A stretch of 64,000 nt of DNA from Orbicella franksi (Eukaryota), in assembly GCA_964199315.1 (NCBI GenBank), contig OZ116700.1:32674001-32738000 (forward strand), written 5' to 3'. Under the pieces are notes generated by a model. That model was not told where the DNA came from. It worked only from the letters and a program-made list of their open reading frames with translations, and searched no databases. Both the position numbers and the translations under genes were made by a program. Each line of letters starts with the position of its first letter. Positions within the stretch are counted from its first letter, which is position 1. This document shows, one piece after another, positions 38,364 through 51,719 of the stretch.

Positions 38364-40137
38364 ACTTATTCTGCGATACAACAAGAAAACGAAAAAAATC
38401 ATCAATGAGATGCAAACACAGTCATTTCACGGTTTAGTGCTAACGAAGCCAGTTGTAGCATTAAATAGGTGACGTGCGTCAAATGTAAATTAGTGTTCTG
38501 GCGTTGTTTTGAATTTATAATTGTGTAATATTGGAAAGCTTAATCCTTTTTATCTCCGGCACATCACGATTATGGTTGACAAAGTTATAAACGTGACCTG
38601 ACGGATCTATTTAGTTGAATATAAAGCTGATGTTGACATTTTACTTTAATTGCATCTCAAGTCAGAGAGATATAAAATCGGGAGCTAAGACTTTTCAGCT
38701 TTTATTTCCTTTCAGAGTGTAAACACAATAGCAAAACTCTTGACAAGCAGTCTTGAATTACATCGTATTTACTCGAATTAATTACTCCTTTACCATACGA
38801 AACAATAAATCCCTTTCAACCAAAGCGGGCCGTAAAATAACATTATGACTTAATGTTGCCAAGAGCTAATATCATTTTGTAAGTGTCATATCTTTAAAAA
38901 TCTCTTCACTTATATTTGCTATTATTTTTTAATATGATTGTAGCCCTTAATTACTTCCTACAAGATACAAGGAAGAACGTGATTGCCCTTGTCACATTTT
39001 TCCTTGAGGCTGGTCTAACATAATTTGCAGCCGTTTAAATCACAATAAAAAGTACACCTGTGCTGAATTTTAATTTAGTAAAGTTACTGAGAAGGTTTTA
39101 AAAACATTCCCAGTTGAAAACGAGTCCAAAAGTGTGCAATTTTGTTACATTACTGTAGTGCCTCTTTGTATAGAACAAAGTGAACATCAACGGATGATCG
39201 ATCTACATGATTTAGCCGATTTTTTTAAGCTTGTTGTTTGTTTGTTCTTCTAAATCTCATCTAATCCTTCTTTTATGTACATTTGGGAGGCAGCGCAGCA
39301 AAAGTGATTTTTCACGCCGGCAGCGATGCTCTCAAAGTCACCGCGCCGACCTCAAACCCTACGGCCTGCCAAAACAGCATGCATCTTAGGTAGATAGGCG
39401 CGAGATTTTCTTCAAGCCAAAATTTATGTTTCTAGCCAACTAATCAGCCTCCACAAGCTGGAGTCTACCTTTTTTTATTCGAGGGTCGAGAGCAGCGGTT
39501 TAAGTCAAGTCCAAATGTTGAGGGAACAATGTGGCATAACCGTTGAGGAGCTTTTAATTCCAAAGTAGCCTTTGTCGGGAGATTTATATGCTTTGTCTTG
39601 AACAAAAATGACATTGTTAATCGCTGTAAAAAACACACAGAGAGCGGGAGTCAAACTCAAATTTAAACAGTTCACTTTGACATGTTAAAAGCTTTCATTG
39701 TCTTAAGGGTTGCCAAAGTAATTAATGCATCCCTGGTCTTTCAAGTCCGCTTTGCTCACTTGGTAAATTTTTGACTTTTTTCGTCACACACAATCACAAA
39801 ATGAAGATTTTGTTTTGATTAACAGAAGGATAAATAAAAATGCAGGTGAATCATTTTCAAAAATACTTCATTCAATTATCCGTTATCTTTTACCTTTCAC
39901 AGGAAAGACTTATCTGAACGACGTGATCACAGTAAGGTTATAGTAAAACTAGTCGTAGTCACATTCAGAGTTTTAGACGTTACGTAATCCCGCACATCTG
40001 TTCATTTCGAGAGACAAGAAGAGACGCAAGAGAATATTTCCAGAACACTCCACTACTCCAAAAAATAAATAAAGAAATAAATAATAAAAAAATATATCAC
40101 AGGATGCCAAAAACTGCACCTCTCAAAACAGCCTTAA

Positions 40138-40550
40138 GCCCTGGCCAAACGGGCTCTCATGTAGTCGCAAGTAGACACAAGTTGAACTTGCGTAGAGACT
40201 TGTTGGGTGGTCAAACGGACTCGCAAGGTTTCCTCGCAAGCACACACTACTGGCAGAAAAAAACATTCTCAATTCTCAAAGCAACGGGCTATATACATGT
40301 CCTGTATATCATTGGACGTTAACAACGAATGGACGTCACTCAACCTGCGTTGACTTGGGTTGGGTGGCCAAACGGTGAAAAAGTTGCGTCGACTTGCGAG
40401 CAAATTTCAGCTGGAATTTGATCTTCACCAAAGTCAGCGCAATTCATCGTTCAAAGTTAACGCAAGTGCACGCAAGGCCTGGCCAAACGGAGTCGCAAGT
40501 AGACCCAAGTTTTCCACTCGCGTCTACTTGCAAGTCCGTTTGGCCAGGGT
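40138..40550. mobile_element. PIF/Harbinger-like MITE
   Basis: TAA|GCCCTGGCCAAACGG ... CCGTTTGGCCAGGGT; internal GCAAGT repeats. Confidence 0.8.
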
Positions 40551-43500
40551 TTTATGCAGAGTTTTGATCGGTGTGTTGCTGTCGTCATTTTGTACTAAAG
40601 GAGCGAGCGAATAGCGGGTTCCGCTAAACTTGGTTTCGGTTCTTTTGTTTGTTTGTTTTTTGTAAGTTGTTGTTTTGTTATTATTTTTGCTTGTTTGCTT
40701 GTTTATTTGTTTATATTTTGATTCGTATATTTTAATTGTAGCTGTTCAAAACTAATTGGCTGTGAAGTCTGCTTTTCATTTGGACATAAGCACAAGCATA
40801 AGCATAATGGGAACTATAGCTTCATCTTAACAAGCTATTCGCTATCAAAGGAGCATGATGTGAAGGTTAATGGGCTGGTTATGAAACTTAGGGTTTTTTT
40901 TTCAGCCAACTTGCAGCTTTCGAAGCACGCGCTGGGCTGCAGCCTGGTTGAATGAAACCAATTTTGGTTTAACTCGGCGCCTTCTTTCGTTTTCGCCGAT
41001 GCTTCGTAGACCTTAACGAAATTTCTGTAGTTCCTCTAATAAATAAACGGTGAAAAAAATCGGAATTCAAGTAACTCGCCACAATTGAATCCAAAATAAC
41101 TAAAAAATTAATTGCGTGTAAACGGTACTCATGACAAAGCACGACACAAGCGACATGCTGACGTGTTCGCGCATGCACGGTAGGAAATCGAGCGGTTGCG
41201 AGCAGAAGTTCTGATAATCTCGTTTCCCACCGAGCAGAAACAGAAGGAAATCCCTCTCAGGGATATATTCTGATATATGGGTAGTCTGAGTCCCGTAGTC
41301 GACTTAACAGAGCTTCAGTGGAAAGACAAGATTTCGCAATTAGCCTGCAATTAGGTAGACATTTTGGAGGGATTACAGCAAAGACTTGCGTCACATGTTT
41401 GCTCCATAAAAAGATTTGATCTATATTTCACTTCACTGGACATCTGCAATAATAGCTTTGCGTTATTAAAAACCGCATATGGTCGAAGTTTTCACTAAAT
41501 GTTGTACCACAAAAGAAATGTGCATTAATGAAATTATAAAGGTCCCCCCCACACTTTATTATCGAGTGCTTCAACAGTCCTCCATTGGGCAAAATTGAAA
41601 TACATTTGACAAGTGAACCGTATTTATGTGTATCTGCTTATGTACAGGTAAATAAAGATCTCGACTAAATGATTTATTCTTTTCCATCAACGCCGCAAAT
41701 TTTGCTTTTATCTTAGATGTGATCAAAAAGATCAACTAAGATTTTACGTGAAAATCTGCTCCGAGCTTGTGGTCCGGCTGCCAGACCTTTCTCCGATAAT
41801 TTTTCAACAAGAAAGATGCGCGGAATAACAATCTTGATGATTTTCTCAACATTTATATATGTTTCGACATCCGACAACGCCAAGAAAAACAATACATTTA
41901 AAAACCATTTGATTGCAGTGCACAAGAAGCCCACAAGTCTTATTTACAGGCGAGCAAATATTGCTAGCCGTAAAATCAAGTAACATGACTCCCAAAAGCG
42001 AAAGAGTAATTTTAAATTTGTTTTGTAGCAGTAAATATCGCCAGGATATTAAGGGAGTGTTACAATTTATGTACATATTCTAATAGAGCACAAAAAAATG
42101 TTTCTATCTATATTTGGGTAAACTATTTTCGGTTACTGTAGTATAGCGGATGAAAGTAAAACAGTTTGCGCAAATCTTTTCGAAAAACAAGACTTAAATG
42201 AAAATTCAACAAAATTGAATGACCAATTCCCTGTAATTACCGCGTTAACGGATTCGGCAGACACTTGTCTTTGAAAACTCTGCTGGAATATAGCGGAAGA
42301 AAGCACACCAGTTTGCCTGTTTTTTTTTAATTCATTTTTTAATAACTAATTAAATGCAATGAGAATAAACGACGAATCCATAAAAAAACAGCGTCAAATG
42401 GAATATTCGGCAGACACTAGCCTTCGGAAAACACTAGATAATTTATCTTCGAATAAGTCTGGAATGGATCGGCGGGGAACCGATAATATTTGGTTTTGAA
42501 AACCTCCCGCAAAGTTCATTTAAACCGATAATAGCGGAAACATTGAGGGTTTTCATGCTAGCAGTTTTCACGATTTTCTTTCAGACATATCGTGTTGTTT
42601 TGTATCTTTCTATCTTTGAAGGAAGACACCGTTGTAGTTTTACTGTCAATGTAATTGAACAAAAGATGAAAAAAAACAGGTTGCTAAATTACCGTGTGCA
42701 CCGTTTTGGAAGGACTTTAGTATGGATATATTTTACTTCAAATCAAATATTTCATGGACACTTTGGACTAGCTGTATTTTAGAAGAACTCGTGGCTAAAA
42801 AGCTCAGCAAATTTTGAAGTTGCCAATGATATAATAACGTGACTATACGGCAACTAGGAATGAAAATGAAGGAATATTTGAGGTTAAACTATCGTGCAAG
42901 AGCGACTTCCAGATAACCGCGTTCCATTGAAAATGAAAATGAACATAAATATTGAGCAAGTACGTACATATGTTTATTCTGGTTTTCAATTTTAAGCTAT
43001 GTCGCTTTTGGTTGTCAATGGAATCGCTGAATATTAAGGAATAATGTAAATTGAACACCTTTGTAAGTTATCTTTATGAATTCATTGGTCGGCAGTGCGT
43101 ATCTCTTGTGTCTGTCTGTCATCATTTTGGAGAGCCCCACTTAGAAAAACACCGCAATACTATGGCCTCCAAAAAAAGATATTTTCTTTTCTTTTCCTCT
43201 AATTTAGTGAAAAGTAAATTATTAAACACTTTACTCACTGCGGTGTCCGGTCGAATTTAGGCTTTCACCAGTTGCAAAATTCTTTCAAACTTTTAAAGTC
43301 TTCATGTTTAGCTTCCTGGTTTGTTTTGCTTGACAAGTAAGAGCAAGCCGTTTTTCGCGACAAACACACATATTTATTAAGCGTCTAAAATCGACGTTTA
43401 TCTTGTGCTTAGACTAAAAAATGAAAGCAAACAATTACTGTGCAAAAACAAAAACAAAAAAAAAAACACACACGTTTCTTCAAGAAGACTTCTTCCGCCA

Positions 43501-45924
43501 CGAAGCCAATCAATAAAGCGACGCACAAAAAGTTTAACTTACCTTCCTGAAATGTTTTGCGTACGTTTCCGTGTGACAAAATTAAATATTCTCCCTTGGC
43601 TCTTGATCTTAATTGTAACTCTAGCTAGCTCACCCTGGCGATTGAAGCAACTTCTCCGACAGCTTTGTTGAAAACTGATATCAGAAAGCAATTCGCTGAA
43701 CATTTTAACTGATCTCAAGATAAATTATCAAAATTTAATGACGTCTTCGTAAAATTAGGATCCGATCCAACTGGACTGGACCAGATGGTAGATGGTGGAC
43801 TTCTGTCGGTTTTGTCTGGTGTTGTGTTGAATTATCTTGGACACCGACTGAATTTTCCATGACCAGAAAAGCAAAACCTCGCGGATTATATTATCAAACA
43901 ATGTAAATTGCTTCCATTTGTAATTGACTATAGATAGGAACATATTACTTTGATTTCATGAAATTTAACGAGACGTTCTTTAAAAATCTTACTTGAGCAA
44001 CTCAAAACCTCTCTTGGCGATCCAAACGGATGTCACTTACATTGAACAGGAAGAACTGTAAAATAAGTTTTGACGACCCAAAAAGAGGCACTATAAGTCT
44101 ATGTGTGTATTTGGAGAAGGGAAAAAAGATGGAGAACGGGATATTTTCTCAAGTGCAGTCTGAGCCTTTCCGGTCCTTTCCGATCCTAAATTTACAAAAC
44201 ATAAAATATTCATGCAAGAAAGATATCTCATACTTTTGTTGTGAAATCCACGTCTGTGATGATAAATGATCGCTCATGCTATGGGAACGGACTTCAAATT
44301 GTTATTTTCACTCAAGAGCTGCGTATACATAATAAAATTCAGACTTTTCTGCTAGAACAAGAGTACAACGTTATTCAGAAGTATTTCCTCAAATAAAATT
44401 CATTTACGATGTCTTCCTTGCTTGTCGAAATATATAAATCACGCGCGTAAAAAAAGAAGTCGTGACTTTAACCGCTAAAATAGCACTACTTGGTAAATAA
44501 AAGCTCTCTTAGAATTTCCTCTTTCACGAAAAGTTTAAAAAGGAAGTAATTAGGCCTCTTCTTTCTTGGATTAGGCAATAAAATGACAGCACCTCTCCAG
44601 GACTTAAGTAAATCTTGAAAATGACCCCTCCAGATACGTTTTCTAACGTAAAGAAATGGCGCAAGACATTCATGAGTGGACAAGTCAATGAACACTAAAA
44701 GAAATTTCTTTAATCCCGCTCATCTTCTCTTTAACAATTAACACCTACAAGAACCATGGAGTTTCACCTGCATGTAATTACTCGCATGAAAATGTAAAAA
44801 AAAATTCGTATTCTTCAGTATCGTGAGAAACATGATCACATGGAGCAGATGCATGTTGTAAGAATTGACAAAACATAATGGAACATTTTGACTAAAGCGT
44901 TCAATTTTATATTTGACCCAGAAGAAACTTAAAAAATGAACTGGTCAAATTCAGACTAAACTTATCCCCACAGTGACAGTGCGAAAAAAACGTGTGAAAT
45001 GTTTCGTCTGATGCGTTACGTTACGTTGCGTTAATGTTGTCTTTGTACGTTAGCTCATGAATTTGAATGAATCAATTCTTTCTACTAATTTTTATACGCG
45101 AAATTTTTTTCTCATGAGAATTTTCTACTTCAATGAACTAATCTTTTGACATCCCCAATAATTTATGACATCAATAACTTTTTATTCTGGTGCCATTTAG
45201 CGCTGTGCATTCTCACGAGAGAAAAGTGGCTACCCTTCTTTAAATGGAACATCGATATTCGTCTCATAAAGTTAATGTATATAGAAATTGTTTAGTCAGG
45301 GCCGAACATTTTGGTCTTTTAAATTGAATTAATAAGTTTAGTTAAGGAGTTTCGTTTTAGGAGAGATTTACACTTTTAGAAGCAAGGACCAAATCAGCAA
45401 GGTTTGTTCAGTTCATTGTTCGTTCAGACGTTATTGAAAGCAAACGAACTGGAAATAGCTCTTCAGTAATACACATTAAACAACCCGGATGCTCAATTCT
45501 TCGGAGCCTCCGGTTAATTCCCTTTTTCATGGCATGAATTGATTAGCTTCTCACTCGTAAAACGGAGGCCAATTCATTGCTGAACACTTTGCAGTATTTC
45601 TTGAACTTGCCTCTGTAATTCGGCAAAACCGCGCTCTTAGGCCCTTCTGGTTATGGAGAGACTTTATTTGGGATGATGGCTTTGCCAAAGATTGTAATGA
45701 AGCATATATTATCCTAGTTTCACTTTTAATCTGAGTTCTATGCGACTTTTTGTTGGATCGAACCAGCGAGTTGCAATTTTTCGCCTTTCTTAAAAATATG
45801 TAATTACTCTAACACATCTTGTGAGAAACGACGCATTATTCTTTTAAAAAAATGGCATTGATTTTTGAAATATAAACACCACAAATATATTAGCTCATAA
45901 GAGCTGCTGTGGCTGATACATATG

Positions 45925-46151
45925 AGTTATTGACCAAGTGTGAGGTCAAGATGGCTGGATATTGGCCAAGTTCTTTTTTTGCGAGTTTATGGGCCGAGAC
46001 GGAGTCGAGGTCCATAAACTCGCAAAAAAAGAACGAGGCCAATATCCAGCCATCTTGGCCGAACAAGCTTGGTCAATAAAGGATTTATTATATGGCTTTC
46101 GGGGAAATTTTTCTTGCGGGACACGGCGGGTAGTCCCGAGCGGGCAAGATA

Positions 46152-46182
<31 letters not shown>

Positions 46183-46204
46183 CAGCGCAGGATTTGATTC
46201 ATCT

Positions 46205-46235
<31 letters not shown>
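45925..46235. mobile_element. Non-autonomous repeat with ~150-bp internal hairpin and CTTGCCCGCTCG subrepeats
   Basis: TTGACCAAG..AAGATGGCTGGATATTGGCC..TTTTTTTGCGAGTTTATGG mirrored by CCATAAACTCGCAAAAAAA..GGCCAATATCCAGCCATCTT..CTTGGTCAA. Confidence 0.7.
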
Positions 46236-46236
<1 letters not shown>

Positions 46237-49200
46237 GGATTTATAGTATTAGTGCAATATCTAGAGGTGAATATTTGAATTGAACATTCTGATTGGTAGA
46301 AAAGTTCGGCTTATGACATTATATTTACGTTGAAAATAATATTTCTAACCTTGGTTACCAAGCTTGCCACCTTTGCAGTTTTGGCAAGTAAACATGGTAG
46401 ACAGTTGATGAATGAAATTTTCATTTATTCGAAAGACATCGCTTCAAGTCCAGGATATTTGAAAGCATGGGGAATTTTTAAAGTGACTACTGTCGCCCTT
46501 GGGTCACTTGATGATTTCAAGAACTCGTATTCCAGGCATTTTAGAATCGTAAACACAGTAGCTTCATTGATCGCAGATTGATCGCCAGCAGATCAGAACG
46601 AGTTCCCGAAATTTATTTTTCTTCAAATTGAGGCTCTCACCACACTACAGCGGAGAAATTTGAAAACGAGGCTTTTGCTTTGAAAACGCATCAAATGTTT
46701 TCCGTCCACACTACGCCGGAGAATTTTGAAAACGTAACAATCACCGGTCATTTTGGATTTGTGTTTTGGGGAAACACGGGCAGTTAAATCACATCATTAT
46801 CGTGACTTCATTGTTTTCGAAAAGTTCCGTATTCAAGGTGATTTCCACCCACACGCCATTAGTGTGGGTGGAAAACGCGTCCGTTTACACGGACGCGTTT
46901 TCAGTTGTAACCGCATATTTTTCGATGCGGTTATGCCTTCCGTTTACATGGCGACGATGGAAGAAATAATAAAACCGCGTCTTTTTGAAAACGCTGTCAA
47001 AAGTGGAGCGTTTTCAAAACGATACGGTTTCATGTGCCATGTAAACGGGAGTAATTTAAACATGTCTTTTTAAAAACGCCTTTGATGTACGGACTCCCAG
47101 TCAAACTTTTCTGCACTTTTAGCGACTTTCAATGTTCACTTCGCTTTCGGCGAATAATGCTTAAATGAAACCCCTGAATATTCTTTCGACTTAGTAAAAC
47201 GCCAAAACTTAATATGTTACCAACACCGTAATCGGCGTTAGAAGATCGTTTTGGCTTGGTAAGCTTGAACAGCACCCTGGCTAGCCTACATGAATGTAAA
47301 TAGCATTTGGGCGAACCTACATTGTGAGCGCAATTGAAAGGGCTACTTACAGCTCACAATTATCGAGAGCTATCCGTTTACGATACTGTGCCATTTAAGC
47401 TAACCGGAGTGCCTTAACTTTTAGCGCCAACCTTCCGAAAGAAGATTAATTGCACGCTATTTTTAAAAACATTCCCCTCGTTAAACGTATTTTCAATGTT
47501 TGCCTCATTAGCATAAGCGATACAGTTTCTGATAGAGGTACAGAAACATTAGTTCTGAATATTGAAAGAGCACAGCTTGATTCATTGTCCCAATTAAGGA
47601 TTTTCAGGCCGATGTATTGAACACTTCTTGTGCGATGCAGGTCTAAAAACTCAATTTTTACAAAGAATATGTGAGATCATTGGCGATTTTGCCACTCAGA
47701 AATTTTGCAAAGCCAATTTCTCCTCGAATATTACACCCAAAGAGCCAAGAATTTCACCAGTTACTAAGGGAGTTTTACAAGCTCTTTAAATGTCGCCGGA
47801 GAAATTTGAAAGCGGAGGTTTCAATCTGAAAACGCATCAAATGTTTTCTGTCCATACTACGCCGGAGAAATTTTGAAACGCAACGATCACCGGTCATTTT
47901 GGATTTGTGTTTGGGGAAACTCGGCCAGGAAAATCACGTGATTATCGTGACGTCATCGTTTTCCAAAACGGCTCTGTTTATGTTTTCAAAAATGTTCTAC
48001 GTCCACGGTTAAAACGCAAAGCCGACGTTTTCAAATTCCACTGGTTTGAAGAGCGTTTTCGAGAGCGTACGTGATCAGAGGCAAAATCGGCATTTAACAT
48101 TATGCGTAGTAACCCTTATTTTCGCATTCATTTAAAGAAAGTTGTGGGAAAGTCAGAAAGCACCAGAATGATGAATAATATGTGAATAATATTTTATATG
48201 ATAAAAACTTCATCTACTTCCTACCTATTTTTTTAGGACAGATTAACTATTATGCATTGAAAACTGAAAACTGCCTGTTCATTAGTAACATTGTGTTTCT
48301 TTTTATTTAAATTTTCGTATGAAAAAAAAAACGAATGAAAGTATGTTTGTCATTGATAAGTGTTACTTTGGACGACGTTTCCATGTCATAAGAATGACGT
48401 GTGAATTTCTATCGATAATTTACACAAAATTGACAGAGCATACAGAAGGCGATAACTAGTTTTCTTTTGGCAAACTGCAGGCTTTAAAACTGATTGAATG
48501 TGATGGCTCTTAAATTGTCTTTAATCCTCTCTTTTACCTCTACACTCAAAAATTCAGTGCAAAGGTTCAAAAACTGTTGAAGGCTCCACATTGGGTGATG
48601 GTGTTGTTCTTTCAAGTTTTCGAATATTAAATCTTAGGACCAATTTGTGAATGTCGCTGACTGTAATTTTAGCGCTAGCACCACTGATCTCAGTGGTATT
48701 ACATTATTGAGCGACTATAGAAACAACATGTTCTATTTTGCCGGTTCTGATGGCACTGCGCTGCTTGAAAGCAATTTCAATGACTTTTCTGAGAGTCGAA
48801 CAAGTAAACATTTGACACGACTGAAATAGAACTTACCAATTAAGCCTTATTTTCAGATTCCAGTTACTTGATGGATAGATCTTTATCCTAAACTTGTTTG
48901 TCTAGTAGCTAGTAGATATTGATTGAATTTTAGTCACCAGCAAAAATACGAGCGATTTATCAGGAAAAACGTCTGCACCTAGCAGCTGTTTTATTTTTGT
49001 TTTTAATATGGAGGTGAGTTTATTGAATGCGTTTAGATTGGTCGGGTTTTGTTTTAGTTTCCTTAATTTTCAATGTTTGACAATGCGTTCGAGTGTGGAT
49101 CTTGGCAACACGCGGCGTCGCGAATTGAGAGTTCTTACATTAGAAACAAACCGAAACATAATGATTTCGCATTCGATTCGATGCCCCCTGTTACTTATAT

Positions 49201-49922
49201 GGCTTGCCTTGCCATATTTGGACTGAACATGTGCTTTCTAGTTATATGTGTCTTACATGAAGCAGGCATTAAAATGAATTGAGTTACGTTTCAACGGGTG
49301 TCTTGTTGTGCCATCTGCCCCGCCTCCCTTGACAAAAACGTTCAGCTATCGAGTGTGACTTACATTGTGTTCGCTTTATTCACCTAGGCAGAAGAATAGT
49401 TAATAACTGGATGAGTTTGAGTAAAATACTGTGGTTTGTCAATGGCGAGTAGATCAGTTATTTGCCAGAACCGAACGAAAGACGAGGAAAATAATTCATC
49501 TGCGAAACACTGACAAAACACGATATTTTGCCACAACTGAGATCAATAATTGTTTTATCAATCGATCACCAAGTGTGCTTTCATATTTAAATCACTTTCT
49601 GATAGCTCAAGGAAGCGATCTGCCATTTTTTACACAAGAGCGCGGTTACAATTACGCACGAGCAGAATATTATTTGCAGAAAAACACATTTAGACGGTAC
49701 TACGCATGACCAGACCTTTATTTGTAGGCATTTATTTGCAGGTCACGTGGTGGGGTCTCGCCCAGTGAAAAGGAAGAAAAAATGCATCGACTGATAACAA
49801 CCTGTAACACATTAGATATTTACTCCTCAGAATAACATCGGACTAGATATGTTGGTATGTTAACTGAGTTGTCTTTGCCAAGCAATTAAAACAGAACAGG
49901 ACTACTACAACTGTTATTTTAA

Positions 49923-50340
49923 TCAACCGAACAGCCCCGCTGAAGGAAGCTTTGTTGCCTTTTTGCGCCCTTTTGCTTTTTTCTTTTGATTAGGACTTGC
50001 ATCTTGGTCTGCAGCTGTTTCGCGCTTCGTGAAACTGTCTCCAGTGTTTGTTCCAGTGAAGACCTTGGTCAAACCACCCTTGCCATCTGCAGTTATGGCT
50101 TCATTGCTGAGGGACTTTTCTTCTTCAGATATTATTGCCTGGAGATTTTAAATGACTAATTTAGTGGGTCTCAAGGGAGTATCAATTTCTCGGTTGAGAG
50201 GGAAAAAAGGGTATTAAAAATCATATATCTTGGAGTGAAATAGGTTTATAAACCCATGAATTTCGTAGAATACAATGTAAGTGACAAACGTGAAAACACA
50301 CTGCGAAAAGAGAAAGCCAAATGATCGGTTTGTGCACCAT
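49923..50340 (-). pseudogene. Secreted peptide precursor family, copy A (frameshifted)
   Basis: Exon 50340-50290 MVHKPIIWLSLFAVCFH; exon 50139-49923 carries a +1 shift; corrected it ends ..GDSFTKRETAADQDASPNQKKKAKGRKKATKLPSAGLFG*. The acceptor before the ATG reads CAT instead of CAG. Confidence 0.7.
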
Positions 50341-51641
50341 TTTATGGAAACGCTTCAGTTCAAACGCTGAGAGAATAGAATAACACATTACGTTAATACT
50401 TGACGTGACATACTAAATCAGTTGACTATTCTGCACTCAAATTCAAATTCATCTAGGAATCGCATACATAATCAAGAGAGTTAATACATATCATTTTGAT
50501 ATCCAGCAAACAATTTAGTTGCATTTACAGGGAAACAAATCTGAGCACTTTCGCAAATCATCAGATGCCCGTCATGTTTTCCCTTGGATTTGAACGAAAC
50601 CCGAGTCTAAACCCAGTTTGCCACTTTAAATTGAAGGAGTACTGGCCTATCTGATGGTGGTTTGCCAGTGGGCAGTTGTCAAAAGCTCACAGAGGGAGAG
50701 CGTGTCTTTTTGTGACACCTTTGCTAAGTTAGACACTAATTCACTAAGTAGGACACAAAGTTTTGAATGCTAAAAAAGGGTGATTATGACTGTTAAAAAT
50801 TGCTAGAGGGTTCTGCGTTGAGAGAGGACCCTGTTGGAGACCGATGTTAAATAGATGAGTGACTGGCCATTCTCCTAGCCAGTAGGGTGATCAAGGGGCG
50901 CGAGTCCCCTTAATCGGCCTTCATGCGGCAAATTAAAATTGGCGAACTATTTTTTGGCAAACTTCAAAACGTTGTTGCCTTCACATGACCAACACGCGTC
51001 AAATCACGGCACACGGGAGCGGCAGGAAGGAAACGAGGTTGCATAGAATGAATGTCATGGCGTAAAGCCTCCTAGAATGTCCATATAAGTTAAATCACTT
51101 TTCTGTTGCTCTTCATTTTCTCTGAGGTTAAAAATGATTCTAAATCAACCTTTCCTCAAGTTTAACTCACCTTCAGGAAATTAACAGAATGAAAGTCAAT
51201 ACGGCGACAGACTGACATATATTCACCAGTCCGCCATGTTGACCTTTGTTTTCTTTCAGAGAAGGACAGCTAAACTAGCCAAAAATTCGATTTAAAACAT
51301 ATTTTAAGAGCGCACACTCATGGTTCTTTGAGTTATTTTGGCCATCCACAAAATTACCTTTAGAAGGAAACCTGAAAATAGTGGCTTACTGAGATTGAAA
51401 AACACCAAAAAGATAATAATAGACCATAAAGGAACAAGCTCGGTTAAGGATGGTGAAGATTACAAACGATGAACTTATAAAATTTAGGCTTACCTCTTCA
51501 AGATACACAGGGCTTTAAACTTCAAAAGAATCCCGAGGAAAGAGAAAGCAACTCTTAATTTCTTACCAGCTTCTTCATAAAAGTTTCTTATATAGTCAAT
51601 GTTGATATATAATTATAAGGACATAATGATAGTTCACCTAC

Positions 51642-51719
51642 CTTCTTATTTTCTCCAGAGCAAACGTTGTCACCGATCGAGACTCAACAGAATGAGTGAA
51701 CTCAAACCGCAGTCAGTTT
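51642..51719 (-). other. Conserved 5' non-coding exon of copy A (paralogues 53863-53941 and 57910-57986, plus)
   Basis: All three are 77-79 nt, AG-bounded and GT-bounded, and share TTCAC.CA.TCTGTTGA. Confidence 0.6.

Noticed and set aside
37900-38415. Additional ORFs overlapping the GPCR
   Set aside because: Alternative-frame or antisense shadows.
43400-44300. Minus-strand donor-like sites (~43541, ~44040) as GPCR 5'UTR exons
   Set aside because: Consensus donors alone are too common to support a call without transcript data.
45946-47073. Several short ORFs
   Set aside because: They fall within high-copy MITE and hairpin repeats with no transposase motif.
48647-49282. Short plus-strand ORFs as a gene
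   Set aside because: No splice logic, homology or paralogy seen.
49923-49950. Calling copy A a GLWamide gene
   Set aside because: Single GLF-G only, with no tandem peptide repeats typical of GLWamide precursors.
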